Under the pieces are notes generated by a model. It did no database searches, was not told the DNA's origin, and worked only from the letters and a program-made list of their open reading frames with translations. A DNA stretch of 64,000 nucleotides from the NCBI GenBank assembly GCA_965199755.1, contig CBDASZ010000001.1, positions 832,001-896,000 of the forward strand, given 5' to 3'. The translations under genes and the position numbers were made by a program. The stretch comes from an uncultured candidatus Porisulfidus sp. Lineage in GTDB: Bacteria > Pseudomonadota > Gammaproteobacteria > Poriferisulfidales > Poriferisulfidaceae. This document shows, one piece after another, positions 49,370-59,403 of this stretch (positions are counted from its first letter, which is position 1; every line of letters starts with the position of its first letter).

Positions 49370-50139
49370 CGCTGCCGAATAAATTCCTGCACTCGACGCA
49401 TCGCATCTTCCGCCGCACGCGCGTCATAGCGAACCCGATACCCTTGGACCAGAAGGTCCGCGCCGGGCTCATCGAATCCATGATGTGCCTCTTCATATAC
49501 GATCAACTCCATACGCTCAGGCTGCGTCACTGACATGATCTCGCATCGTTGCGCCGGAGTCCATTGATCCTGCTCACCAATCAAAATCAGCAGATCTGTG
49601 TGCGCGTTGTGCAGTGAATCCAGACACCACGGGCCGACCGCCACAGCGCCCGCAAATGGCTGCGTGGCATTAAGTTCATCATTCAGCGCCAGCAACACGG
49701 TCGTCGCGCCATGAGAATATCCGCTCACAAAAATACGCCCACGATCCACCCATAACTGTTGCTGCAACCACTGCTTGGCCGCATGCGCATCAAGTGCCCG
49801 TTGCCAAGTAGGTACAGCAAACACACTGCCGCAAATATTGTCGAACCCACGCGACCCGAAACTGTCCACCAACAGCACTGCAACACCGTCATCAAGATGT
49901 TGGCGAATCCAGGGTCGGGAGCGATCCATCCAGATCCCGTTACAACCATGCAGGTCGACAATCACCGGATGCGGCCCGTCTCCTTCAGGCCGGTACAGAA
50001 TCGCGGGAATTTCAATGCACTGGTCCGTCTGATAGACCGGTGCATCAAAGCGAATGTCCTCACCTTCCGGCAAGCCTGCAGCCACACCAGTCGAGGCGGT
50101 CGCCGCACACAACCAGCCCGAAAAGCTAATCCACCGCAT
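49366..50139 (-). CDS. Dienelactone hydrolase family protein (exported)
   Basis: LHGCNG, VDSFGSRG, GYSHGA, LIGEQDQWTPA, AHHGFD. Confidence 0.85.
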   Translation of the reverse strand: MRWISFSGWLCAATASTGVAAGLPEGEDIRFDAPVYQTDQCIEIPAILYRPEGDGPHPVIVDLHGCNGIWMDRSRPWIRQHLDDGVAVLLVDSFGSRGFDNICGSVFAVPTWQRALDAHAAKQWLQQQLWVDRGRIFVSGYSHGATTVLLALNDELNATQPFAGAVAVGPWCLDSLHNAHTDLLILIGEQDQWTPAQRCEIMSVTQPERMELIVYEEAHHGFDEPGADLLVQGYRVRYDARAAEDAMRRVQEFIRQR

Positions 50140-50662
50140 ATCGTGCAAACTCCTGATACTGGTGCTGAATATCTGCCAGCGACCACGCTGCGTTGGCTGG
50201 GCTGGGATTCGGTGTGACGAACACGCGAGTGTTCGAGATACGTATCGGCTGTTCGCCCCAAGTAATCTGTCGAGGTGTCTCGCGTAAAGCGTACTTCAGA
50301 AAGTTTCGATAAGCCACTTTGCCATGAACCCATGCCCATTGCGGTTGATAGTTCTCCAGTTTCTGCAACAGCTGTGGTGCCCCCTCCGCATAATCCGCGC
50401 CGCGCAACTCATGCCCCTGACGACTGGGACGTTTGACAACATCGGTGAAGCCAATCCCTTCGTGTTCCAGCAGACTGCGGTGAAAGTGCGTTGATGGCTC
50501 CTCGCACAGTTGCACCAACCCACTTGTCTGAAAGGCCGGCCAAAACCGATTGCGCGGATTCGCAAAATAAAACCCCGCACGCACTGAAGGCAGTGACGGG
50601 TTTAGGCCAATTGACAGCACGCGCAAATCAGCAGCCATATAGTCGGGCAGAGTTGCCTCCAC
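50126..50662 (-). CDS. mug: Mismatch-specific uracil/thymine DNA glycosylase
   Basis: IGLNPS, FANPRNRFW, GIGFTDVVKR, PNPSPANA. Confidence 0.88.
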   Translation of the reverse strand: MEATLPDYMAADLRVLSIGLNPSLPSVRAGFYFANPRNRFWPAFQTSGLVQLCEEPSTHFHRSLLEHEGIGFTDVVKRPSRQGHELRGADYAEGAPQLLQKLENYQPQWAWVHGKVAYRNFLKYALRETPRQITWGEQPIRISNTRVFVTPNPSPANAAWSLADIQHQYQEFARYAVD

Positions 50663-50665
50663 AGT

Positions 50666-51757
50666 TCATACCTCTTGAGAAAACAATTCATGTTGCTCGC
50701 GCCGTGGATGAAAGCGATCACAATGCAATTCTCCCCGGGAGCGATCCAGTTGCAGACGTCGCGCCATCAAGCGAAAACGCTGGGCGAGAAGTTCTCCAAA
50801 GTTTCCTTGCCCACGCAAGCGCTGTCCGAATTCGGGGTCGTAATCCGCCCCACCATGCAACTCACGCACTCCCTGCATCACCCGTTCAGCACGCTCCGGA
50901 TAGTGATGCGCCAGCCATTCGCGAAACAGCTGCTTCAATTCATGCGGCAATCGCAACACCACATAGCCGGCGCAATAAGCACCCGCTGCCGCGGCTCGCT
51001 CCACAATGCGCTCTAGTTCCCCATCGTTTAGAAACGGAATGACCGGAGCGACTAGCACACTAACGGGGACGCCCGCGTCCGCCATACATGCGACCAAATC
51101 CAAACGACTCTGTGGTGCGCTGGCGCGTGGCTCCAGCACTCGACTCAAGCTCGCATCCAAAGTGGTCACCGAAACCACCACTTCAGCCAGACCGTCCTGC
51201 GCCATCGGCCGCAGAATGTCCAGATCGCGCTGAGCCAAACCGGACTTGGTGATGACCGACACCGGGTGCTGAAAATCCCGCAACACCTCCAGAATCGAGC
51301 GCGTAATCTTCAACTGCCGCTCAATTGGCTGATAAGCGTCCGTGTTGTATCCGAGCCCAATCGTTCGACAGCGATAACCCGGATCCTGAAGCTCCCGACT
51401 CAAGACCTCCGCGGCATTGGTCTTGCAAAATATCTGGCTTTCAAAGTCGAGACCCGGCGATAATCCCAGGTAGGCATGATTCGGACGCGCGAAGCAATAC
51501 ACGCAGCCATGTTCGCAGCCGCGATATGGATTGATTGAACGATCCAGAGCAATGTCTGGGGACGTGTTGTAACTGATTAAACTTTTGGCAGGCTGGTTGA
51601 AGTAGCGCGTCCGCAGATCCTGCTCCTCCCAGTCTTCACTGTCCCGACCATCATGCTGACATTCAATCTCTTCTGATTCATAACGCGCGGGCGGATTGCT
51701 GATTGCACCGCGACCTCGGCGTGGTTGCCAGTGTACCGGGCTTGTACTCGGATCCAT
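50666..51757 (-). CDS. Radical SAM protein, PA0069 / spore photoproduct lyase-like family
   Basis: RGRGAISNP, NTSPDI..DRSINPYRGCEHGCVYCFAR, TDAYQPIE, LEPRAS. Confidence 0.9.
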   Translation of the reverse strand: MDPSTSPVHWQPRRGRGAISNPPARYESEEIECQHDGRDSEDWEEQDLRTRYFNQPAKSLISYNTSPDIALDRSINPYRGCEHGCVYCFARPNHAYLGLSPGLDFESQIFCKTNAAEVLSRELQDPGYRCRTIGLGYNTDAYQPIERQLKITRSILEVLRDFQHPVSVITKSGLAQRDLDILRPMAQDGLAEVVVSVTTLDASLSRVLEPRASAPQSRLDLVACMADAGVPVSVLVAPVIPFLNDGELERIVERAAAAGAYCAGYVVLRLPHELKQLFREWLAHHYPERAERVMQGVRELHGGADYDPEFGQRLRGQGNFGELLAQRFRLMARRLQLDRSRGELHCDRFHPRREQHELFSQEV

Positions 51758-51778
51758 ATCACAGATCTCTCGTCGCAA

Positions 51779-52264
51779 CTATCCCCAGAATTGCATCAAT
51801 CCCCAAGTCGCCTGTAACACAACGAACGCCATAAAACCAGCAAACGCATCATCCATCATAATCCCGACGCCACCACGGAAATGCCGCTCGGCCCAGCCAA
51901 CAGGCCCCGGCTTGAGAATATCGAACAGGCGAAACAGCACAAACCCCGCCACTAACCAGCCCCAACCTTCAGGCGCGACAGTCATCGCAATCAGAAAACC
52001 CACGATCTCATCCCAGACGATAGAACCTGGGTCGGGATCATCCAGAATCTTCGCGCCCAACTCGCACAACCAGATTCCACTGAGAAACAAAATCCCCACC
52101 ATCAGTACATAACTCGCCCACGACAGTTCCGCCAAAGCCAGATACAACAACACACCCAGCACAGTCCCTGCCGTGCCTGGAATGCGCGGGCACTTCCCGA
52201 CTCCGAATCCTGTCGCCAAGGCCAGAATCAGTGTACGTGTGCGCGGGCGCAATTCATCCATCAT
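51779..52264 (-). CDS. pgpA: Phosphatidylglycerophosphatase A
   Basis: GFGVG..PGTAGT, DPGSIVWDEIVG, FRLFDILKP, GIMMDD. Confidence 0.93.
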   Translation of the reverse strand: MMDELRPRTRTLILALATGFGVGKCPRIPGTAGTVLGVLLYLALAELSWASYVLMVGILFLSGIWLCELGAKILDDPDPGSIVWDEIVGFLIAMTVAPEGWGWLVAGFVLFRLFDILKPGPVGWAERHFRGGVGIMMDDAFAGFMAFVVLQATWGLMQFWG

Positions 52265-53204
52265 GACGAAAATGGTCAAATCCCAACTGTTCCGGGAGAT
52301 CGACAGGATGCCCGGCGCAATGCAAACGCAAGCCTTCTTGTGCTTCTATCTCACCCACAGTTGTCACAGCTAAATCCTGTTTTGCCGCCTCGGCCTGAAT
52401 GTGCGCCATAGCCGACTCCGGCGCGGTGAAGATCAACTCGTAGTCCTCCCCGCCACCGAGTATCTCAAACCCGTTCTTCGTATGCTTGAATTCATCCGCC
52501 ATAGCCGGTGACAACGGCACCTTCGACAGATCGATAGTTCCGCCCAGATCGCTTTGCCGCAACAATCGGCTCAAATCCAGCAATACACCGTCAGAAATAT
52601 CAATCGCCGCATGCGCATGACCTCGTAGCGCTTGACCAAATTCCACGCGAGGCTGCGGTCGATGTAACCGCCTCTGACAGGACTCCAGACCTGCTTTTTC
52701 GGGATATTTCCTCGCCAGCGTTGCATCTCCCACCGTGCCCGTCACCGCAATAACATCACCCGCGCATGCCGCATCGCGCCGCAAAGCGGGAGCTTCCCCA
52801 TCCAAACTGCCAATAATACTGATGCACACTGCCAGTTCTCCACGTGATAAGTCGCCCCCTATCAGTGGAATATCATATTCTTGTGCCAATGTTCTCATTC
52901 CTGCACTGAATCCAGCAATCCATTCTTCATCAATCTGTGGCATGACCAGCGCCATGCTGAAACAGAACGGAGTCGCACCCATCGCGGCGAGATCGCTCAA
53001 ATTGACCGCCAGTGCCTTGTATCCAGCGTCTTCAGGTGCTGTATCCGGGTCAAAATGCGCTCCCTGCAAGAACAGGTCCGTGCTGATAACGCAAGGCTTT
53101 GAGGGGAATTTCAGGATGGCGGCATCATCGCCGATACCATGGAGGAGATGCGGGGAATCAATGTCAAATTGAAAATACTTCTCGATCAGCGTATCTTCAT
53201 TCAT
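52254..53204 (-). CDS. thiL: Thiamine-monophosphate kinase
   Basis: GIGDDAA, AVNLSDLAAMGA, LIGGD, AIDISDG, GGEDYEL. Confidence 0.94.
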   Translation of the reverse strand: MNEDTLIEKYFQFDIDSPHLLHGIGDDAAILKFPSKPCVISTDLFLQGAHFDPDTAPEDAGYKALAVNLSDLAAMGATPFCFSMALVMPQIDEEWIAGFSAGMRTLAQEYDIPLIGGDLSRGELAVCISIIGSLDGEAPALRRDAACAGDVIAVTGTVGDATLARKYPEKAGLESCQRRLHRPQPRVEFGQALRGHAHAAIDISDGVLLDLSRLLRQSDLGGTIDLSKVPLSPAMADEFKHTKNGFEILGGGEDYELIFTAPESAMAHIQAEAAKQDLAVTTVGEIEAQEGLRLHCAGHPVDLPEQLGFDHFRHDG

Positions 53205-53658
53205 CAGCGCCGCTCTCCTGATGGGTCTGACCCACACGCCATTCATGCGCTCCCCGATCCAGCACCGCATTCACATATTTGCTGCCTTTCTCGGTGCCAA
53301 ACTTCGCCGCCAACCGCACGGCTTCAGACAATACTACTGCAATCGGAATCTGCGGACAATGCAATAACTCAAAGCAAGCGAATCGCAAAATACTGCGCTC
53401 CACCGGGTCCAGCCGGTCCAGCGATCGATCCAGCAGTGGCGTCAACTGCTGGGTCAATTCGGCATCACGTTCCAGCACTCCGCGCAACAGGAGTTCGAAA
53501 TAAGCGGCATCCGCTCGCTCGATACCTTCCGTTCCGGAGAACTGTTCAAGCAGTGTCTCCGCATCCGTCCCCGACAGATCCCATTGATACAAGGCTTGCA
53601 ATGTCAGTCGACGTGCCCAGTGGTGTTCACGATTCTCGCGATGCTGCGGCGAGTTCAT
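53197..53658 (-). CDS. nusB: Transcription antitermination factor NusB
   Basis: ARRLTLQALYQW, LDPVERSILR, EAVRLAAKFG...YVNAVLD. Confidence 0.92.
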   Translation of the reverse strand: MNSPQHRENREHHWARRLTLQALYQWDLSGTDAETLLEQFSGTEGIERADAAYFELLLRGVLERDAELTQQLTPLLDRSLDRLDPVERSILRFACFELLHCPQIPIAVVLSEAVRLAAKFGTEKGSKYVNAVLDRGAHEWRVGQTHQESGADE

Positions 53659-54161
53659 CGCCATTCACCATCATCATTCGGATGCGACGGCTCACCAAAC
53701 TTTCTAAAGGCTGCCATCTGCAGTGCGGCAAGCGCCGCCTCGGAGCCTTTGTTGGATTCCTCACCATGACTTAGTTCCGGGTTGCCCCAGTCTGACAGCA
53801 TTGCCGAGCGTTGGTCAGCCTGCTCCTGAGTGTCCGCAGTGATTAGCCCAAACAGTACCGGAGCCTTGCCGTTGCGCGCCAATTTGCCGAGACCTCGTGT
53901 GCATTCGGCGCTGATGTATTCAAAATGCGGCGTCTCACCACGAATGACGCAGCCTAGCGCAATCAACGCATCGTAGCGCTCCAGGTCCTGGCATGTCTGA
54001 ACTGCCGCTGGCAACTCCCAGGCACCCGGCACCCGATAGATGTCAATGTGATCCTCCGAAACGCTGCGCGCCATCAGTGTCTTGACTGCGCCATCGATCA
54101 GACGCTCCACCACCCCGGCATTGAATCGTGAGGCAATGATTGCGAATGCGCTGTCATTCAT
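53655..54161 (-). CDS. ribH: 6,7-dimethyl-8-ribityllumazine synthase
   Basis: SRFN, VPGAWELP, LGCVIRGETPHFEYI, NKGSEAALAA. Confidence 0.93.
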   Translation of the reverse strand: MNDSAFAIIASRFNAGVVERLIDGAVKTLMARSVSEDHIDIYRVPGAWELPAAVQTCQDLERYDALIALGCVIRGETPHFEYISAECTRGLGKLARNGKAPVLFGLITADTQEQADQRSAMLSDWGNPELSHGEESNKGSEAALAALQMAAFRKFGEPSHPNDDGEWR

Positions 54162-55258
54162 GGCTCTATGTACTCCGTGACTTCCAAGCCAAACCCGCCC
54201 AGACCATGGAAGATTTGCGGCGCGCTCATCAGCCGCATGCGCCGAACCCGCAAGTCGCGCAGAATCTGCGCGCCTGAACCGAGCATACGACGATCAGTAG
54301 GTATGTCGCGCGGGCGCGTCAGTGTGCCGCTGCGCACCATGCGAATTCGTTCCGCCAGCCGTGCGGCGGACTCCGGCCAGCGCAAAATCACCACCACGCC
54401 ACTGCCTTCCGCCTCAATACGTGCCATCGCATCTCGCAGCGGCCAGTTCATCTCCGTCAATGTGGATTGCGCAACATCATTCAGGATATTTTGCACATGC
54501 ACCCGCACCAGTACTGGCTCCTCTGGTCGCCATTCTCCCTTGACCAGCGCCAAATGCAGCGTGTCCATGGTCTGATCCTCAAACGCAATCAACTCAAACT
54601 CACCGTAATCAGTCGGCAAGGTGCAGCGTGCGGTGCGATTCACCGTCGGCTCGCGCTCCACTCGGTAGCGAATCAGGCTTTCAATCGTGCCTATTTTCAG
54701 CCCATGCTCTTGTGCCAGCGCCTCCAGTTGCGGACGCCGCGCCATCGTGCCGTCCTCATTCAGAATTTCAATAATGACTGCGGCCGGCTCCAGCCCGGCC
54801 AATCGCGCCAGATCACAGCCGCCTTCAGTATGGCCGGCGCGCGCCAGAACACCACCGGGCTGCTGCATTAAACACTGCAGGTGTCCCGGTTGCAGAATAT
54901 CCGCCGCACGGGCATTACTCGCAACTGCCGCCTCAATCGTCACCGCTCGGTCCTGTGCGGACACCCCGGTTGTAATGCCTTCACGCGCATCAATCGTGAA
55001 TGTGAAATTGGTCTGTTGCGCCTCATCCGTCGCCGGATCCATCAGCGGCAAGTCCAGTTGCTGACAGCGCTCCCGGGTCAGCGCCAGACACAGCAGACCG
55101 CGACCATGGCGCATCATAAAATTAATGTGATCCGCGGTCACCAGTGAGGCAGCCACCACCAGATCGCCTTCATTCTCGCGCGCCTCATCATCGGCCAGAA
55201 TAATCATCCGACCGCCGCGCAGATCCTGAATCAATTCTTCGGTGCTGTTGAATTTCAT
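54158..55258 (-). CDS. ribB: DHBP synthase fused to a degenerate GTP cyclohydrolase II-like domain (RibBX)
   Basis: DDEARENEGD, RAGHTE; C-terminal domain has VRVHVQN without Zn-binding Cys; start at ATG 55258. Confidence 0.88.
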   Translation of the reverse strand: MKFNSTEELIQDLRGGRMIILADDEARENEGDLVVAASLVTADHINFMMRHGRGLLCLALTRERCQQLDLPLMDPATDEAQQTNFTFTIDAREGITTGVSAQDRAVTIEAAVASNARAADILQPGHLQCLMQQPGGVLARAGHTEGGCDLARLAGLEPAAVIIEILNEDGTMARRPQLEALAQEHGLKIGTIESLIRYRVEREPTVNRTARCTLPTDYGEFELIAFEDQTMDTLHLALVKGEWRPEEPVLVRVHVQNILNDVAQSTLTEMNWPLRDAMARIEAEGSGVVVILRWPESAARLAERIRMVRSGTLTRPRDIPTDRRMLGSGAQILRDLRVRRMRLMSAPQIFHGLGGFGLEVTEYIEP

Positions 55259-55860
55259 TCGTTCCCCCGTGCTTCCAGTAAGCGCTCCAGATAACGCGCC
55301 AGCATATCCACTTCCAGGTTGACCGCATCGCCGATCTGATAGTCCACTGCAATCGTATGTGCAAGCGTGTGTGGGATGAGCGTCACCCCAAACTCCGTGC
55401 CCTGCACTCCGGTCACCGTCAGACTCACACCATCGACGCAAACCGAACCGCGCGGCGCGAAATACGGCATCAATTCCTCCGGGCTCACAATGCGCAATTG
55501 CGTCTGTCCTTCGGTCGCTTCCAGCTCGGCAATTCGACCAACCCCGTCAACATGACCGCTGACCCAATGCCCGCCCAGAGCATCCCCCATGCACAGCGCC
55601 GGCTCCAGATTGACCTGTGCGCCCACACGTACATCGCGCAAGGTGGTATGCGCTTGAGTCGTCTCGCTCACATCCACCGCAAATGAGTCTGCCGTCGGCT
55701 GCAGCACCGTCAGACACACTCCGTCCACGGCCACACTTTCACCGGTGCGTACTTTCTGCATACGGCCCTTCGGCGCGTAACTCAACTCAAGCCGACACGA
55801 TTCATCGGTCGCATGCACTGCTGCCACCGTGCCGCGGGCTTCAACAATCCCCGTGAACAT
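55255..55860 (-). CDS. ribE: Riboflavin synthase (alpha chain)
   Basis: MFTGIVE, SVAVDGVCLTV, GGHWVSGHVDG, VNLEVD. Confidence 0.95.
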   Translation of the reverse strand: MFTGIVEARGTVAAVHATDESCRLELSYAPKGRMQKVRTGESVAVDGVCLTVLQPTADSFAVDVSETTQAHTTLRDVRVGAQVNLEPALCMGDALGGHWVSGHVDGVGRIAELEATEGQTQLRIVSPEELMPYFAPRGSVCVDGVSLTVTGVQGTEFGVTLIPHTLAHTIAVDYQIGDAVNLEVDMLARYLERLLEARGNE

Positions 55861-56966
55861 TACTGTCTTCGTCGGTATGTGGCGCGAATATCAGAATCCA
55901 GGACTTCCGTCTCGCACAAGGCCCACTCGGAAACTTCTGGCAATTCCATTGCCGGCGGCAGATCCGCCAGCGGCATAGCATCCCGCCCCAGCAGGCGCGG
56001 CGCGATATAGACGATCAACTCATTGACTCTGCCTTGACGCAGCAGCGCGCCGGCAAAACGAGCGCCTGCTTCGACCAGCACCTCATTGACCCCATGGTTT
56101 GCTGCCAAACTCTCCAGTATCTGCCCCAAATGCAAGCCCCGCTCTTCTTCCTCCACCACTTCGATGGACAGTTTCGGGAATTTCTTGCGCAGAGATTCTT
56201 CCTTCGCGGATGAGGTATACACCAGCACCGGCGCATCCTCGTCCCAAAACTTCAAGTCCGGGCTCAGGTCCGCTCCCCGATCCACCACTACCCGCAAAGG
56301 CTGGCGCACGGTATCCACTCCCAATTCCAGCGATCTCAAACGCACATTCAGCCGCGCCTCATCACGCGCAATGGTTTTCGCGGTAGACAACACCGCTCCG
56401 GCACGGGCGCGCAGGTACTGCACATCGTCACGCGCATCACGGCCGGTGATCCATTGACTGCGGCCATCCGCCAGCGCGCTTCCCCCATCTAGACTGACCG
56501 CCTGCTTCAGGCGTACCCAGGGCGTCCCGGTCAGCATCCGGTGAAAGAACGTGAAATTAAGCTCCCATGCCTCTTCTTTCTGCACGCCCACATCACAATC
56601 GATCCCGGCAGCTTCCAATTCCTTGCGTCCGCGCCCGCTGACTTGCGGGTTCGGGTCCTGCACAGCCATCACGACCCGGCTGATGCCAGCTACAATAATA
56701 TTTGAAACGCACGGTGGTGTGCGCCCCTGATGCGCACACGGCTCCAGCGTGACGTACAGCGTCGCGTCGCGCGCCGCCAGACCCGCTTCCTGCAGGGCCA
56801 TAACTTCTGCATGCGCCTCTCCGGCATACTGGTGAAACCCGCGCCCCACCACTTTGTCTTGCGACACAATCACGCAACCGACGCAAGGATTCGGCGGCGT
56901 GGTATACCTCCCCCGACGCGCCAGGTCCAGCGCTTCGCGCATATATGCGGCATCGTCTTGCATCAT
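55860..56966 (-). CDS. ribD: Riboflavin biosynthesis deaminase/reductase
   Basis: PNPCVGCV, HAE, TLEPCAHQGRTPPC, SQWITG, VLVEAG. Confidence 0.95.
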   Translation of the reverse strand: MMQDDAAYMREALDLARRGRYTTPPNPCVGCVIVSQDKVVGRGFHQYAGEAHAEVMALQEAGLAARDATLYVTLEPCAHQGRTPPCVSNIIVAGISRVVMAVQDPNPQVSGRGRKELEAAGIDCDVGVQKEEAWELNFTFFHRMLTGTPWVRLKQAVSLDGGSALADGRSQWITGRDARDDVQYLRARAGAVLSTAKTIARDEARLNVRLRSLELGVDTVRQPLRVVVDRGADLSPDLKFWDEDAPVLVYTSSAKEESLRKKFPKLSIEVVEEEERGLHLGQILESLAANHGVNEVLVEAGARFAGALLRQGRVNELIVYIAPRLLGRDAMPLADLPPAMELPEVSEWALCETEVLDSDIRATYRRRQ

Positions 56967-57517
56967 GGTGTCTCTTCCTCAGCCGTCTCCAGAGTGAAAT
57001 CCAACTCCTCATTGTCGAGCAGATTCATCTGCCGTTTGCGGGCCGCGACCGGAAGCGCATTCCGCTCTCGGTTAATCAATTCCTGCCACTGCGCGAAACT
57101 ACGCACTTTCTCATTCACGGAAGCGTACAGGATGCAAGCAGTCGGGTCATGCTGACGCAAGGCGTCTTTCACCCACTGTGCGATGGCCTCGGTCTCTATA
57201 GTATTGCCCGGATGCAAGGATATCCGACTCAACACCTGCTCGGTCAGACTATCCTGCTTGAGCCTCTCCTCACTGTTGTCGCTACGGTTGCGCCAAGCCA
57301 ATCGCATACTTCGCAGCAATTTTTCACGATCAAATGGCTCACAGCGCTCATCCCGTTTGATGACTTCTTTAGGCAATCGCGGAAAGACGCTCTCGTAAGT
57401 CGTGAACCGCCACTTGCAGCGAGCGCACTCACGGCGTCGCCGAACCCGGTTTTCTGACTCTTTACTGCGAGAATCAATAACCCGGGTATCGAAATGATTG
57501 CATTTCGGGCATCGCAC
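56963..57517 (-). CDS. nrdR: Transcriptional repressor NrdR
   Basis: MRCPKC..TRVIDSR..VRRRRECARCKWRFTTYE zinc ribbon plus divergent ATP cone. Confidence 0.9.
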   Translation of the reverse strand: MRCPKCNHFDTRVIDSRSKESENRVRRRRECARCKWRFTTYESVFPRLPKEVIKRDERCEPFDREKLLRSMRLAWRNRSDNSEERLKQDSLTEQVLSRISLHPGNTIETEAIAQWVKDALRQHDPTACILYASVNEKVRSFAQWQELINRERNALPVAARKRQMNLLDNEELDFTLETAEEETP

Positions 57518-57551
57518 GAAGCACCTCTAGGCGCACTACGCGGAAATCCGC

Positions 57552-58811
57552 TCAGGCATCTCCGTAGACCGGATAGCGCACACACAGATCGCTGACTTTG
57601 GCTCGCGTGGCGTCAATCACAGACACATCTTCCATGTTGTCGATGACATCACACATCCAGCCAGCCAGATCAACGCACTCCGCTTCAGCCAGACCGCGGG
57701 TGGTCACCGCCGGCGTACCCACGCGGATGCCGCTGGTGACGAAAGGACTGTTGGGATCATTCGGCACGGTGTTCTTGTTGACCGTAATATGCGCCTGACC
57801 CAGCGCCGCGTCCACTTCCTTGCCAGTGTAACCCTGTGCGATGAAGTCAACCAGAAACAGATGATCGTCAGTACCGCCGGAGACAATCTTGTACTGCCGC
57901 TCCATGAAGGTGCGCACCATTGCCTGCGCGTTACCGAGTACCTGGCGCTGATATTCGGCGAAGTCTGGCTCCGCAGCTTCCTTGAAGGCGACCGCCTTGG
58001 CCGCAATGACATGCATCAAAGGCCCGCCCTGCATGCCGGGGAAGACCATGGAATTGATCTTTTTGGTGACCTCCTCGTTCTCCCGCGCGATGATAAAGCC
58101 GCTGCGCGGGCCGCGCAGAGTCTTGTGCGTGGTCGAGGTCACAATATCGGCGACGGGCACCGGGTTCGGATACAGACCGGCCGCAATCAGCCCGGAGACG
58201 TGCGCCATATCCACCATCAGCAAGGCACCGACTGAATCACAAATATCGCGAAAACGCTGCCAATCCATGACTCGTGAATAGGCGGAAAATCCGGCCACAA
58301 TCAGTTTGGGTCGATGCTCTTCAGCCAGTTGCGCGACCTGCTCGTAATCCACTTCACCGGATTCCGGCTCCAGTCCGTACTGCACCGCGTTGTAGTTCTT
58401 GCCGGAGAAATTCACCGGCGAGCCGTGCGTCAAATGCCCGCCATGCGCCAGACTCATGCCCATGATGGTGTCGCCCGGCTGCAGCAAGGCGGTATAAACC
58501 GCGGCGTTAGCCTGCGAGCCGGAGTGCGGCTGCACATTGGCGTAATCCGCACCATACAAGGCGCAAGCGCGCTCGATCGCCAGTTGCTCGACCACGTCCA
58601 CATGCTCACAACCGCCATAGTAACGGCGCGCCGGGTAGCCTTCCGCGTATTTATTGGTCAGTACTGATCCCTGGGCCTCCAGCACTCGCGGGCTGGTGTA
58701 GTTCTCTGAGGCGATCAGTTCGATGTGATCTTCCTGTCGCTGGCGTTCGGCGTCAATCGCCGCCGACACTTCCGGGTCGAACCCGGCAATGTTCATGTCC
58801 TGTGAAAACAT
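57552..58811 (-). CDS. glyA: Serine hydroxymethyltransferase
   Basis: [33 protein letters not shown]. Confidence 0.97.
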   Translation of the reverse strand: MFSQDMNIAGFDPEVSAAIDAERQRQEDHIELIASENYTSPRVLEAQGSVLTNKYAEGYPARRYYGGCEHVDVVEQLAIERACALYGADYANVQPHSGSQANAAVYTALLQPGDTIMGMSLAHGGHLTHGSPVNFSGKNYNAVQYGLEPESGEVDYEQVAQLAEEHRPKLIVAGFSAYSRVMDWQRFRDICDSVGALLMVDMAHVSGLIAAGLYPNPVPVADIVTSTTHKTLRGPRSGFIIARENEEVTKKINSMVFPGMQGGPLMHVIAAKAVAFKEAAEPDFAEYQRQVLGNAQAMVRTFMERQYKIVSGGTDDHLFLVDFIAQGYTGKEVDAALGQAHITVNKNTVPNDPNSPFVTSGIRVGTPAVTTRGLAEAECVDLAGWMCDVIDNMEDVSVIDATRAKVSDLCVRYPVYGDA

Positions 58812-58951
58812 CTCATCCAAAACAGTAATAAAAAGCGAATTATAGGGGATTTATGTGCTATCACTCGCAAGTTACGGCATTGGCCGCATCAGAATTGCAA
58901 ACTCGCCGTGCCATGAAGTACAATGACGACACCAGATTTCGATATCCAGTC

Positions 58952-59344
58952 ATGAACAGAGACGACTCCTATACCACCACGGATAGGCTGAGCGATCACT
59001 TTTTTGATCTGAGCTCAGAACAGGAAGGTCACATTCTTATTGTTCGCGTCAATGGCCGTGTCGATGGCGTGAACTCGGAAGAGTTTCACACGCGCGTCAA
59101 GGAGATTATGGATGAGATCAGTCCGCCCCCTCCCCTGATCCTGAACCTTTCTGGTCTCACGTACGCCAGCAGCGCAGCCCTGCGAATTCTGCTGCAAATC
59201 GCCCAGGACATGAAGAAGAAAAATCTGTATTTTGCGCTCTGCGCTCCGTTGCCAGAGGTTCAAAACATCATTGAGTGCACCGGTTTCGACAAAATCATTA
59301 AGACCCACAAGGATCTCCCGACCGCTATTCGGGATATTACTTGA
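58952..59344 (+). CDS. STAS-domain anti-sigma factor antagonist
   Basis: VNGRVD, LNLSGLTYASSAALR (phosphorylatable Ser), TGFDKII; start uncertain (58913 or 58952). Confidence 0.82.
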   Translation: MNRDDSYTTTDRLSDHFFDLSSEQEGHILIVRVNGRVDGVNSEEFHTRVKEIMDEISPPPPLILNLSGLTYASSAALRILLQIAQDMKKKNLYFALCAPLPEVQNIIECTGFDKIIKTHKDLPTAIRDIT

Positions 59345-59403
59345 CGCGCCTCAAGCAAGGCGGCACTCTGACACTGCACTCACGCAAGCGCGAGGAATCC
59401 TGC

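Noticed and set aside
54158-55441. Extended N-termini in the ORF track (ribB 55441, infA 3429, fabF 6980, gltA 41557, thiL 53270, nudJ 770)
   Set aside because: The extensions overlap neighbouring genes or promoter regions; family-typical starts lie downstream.
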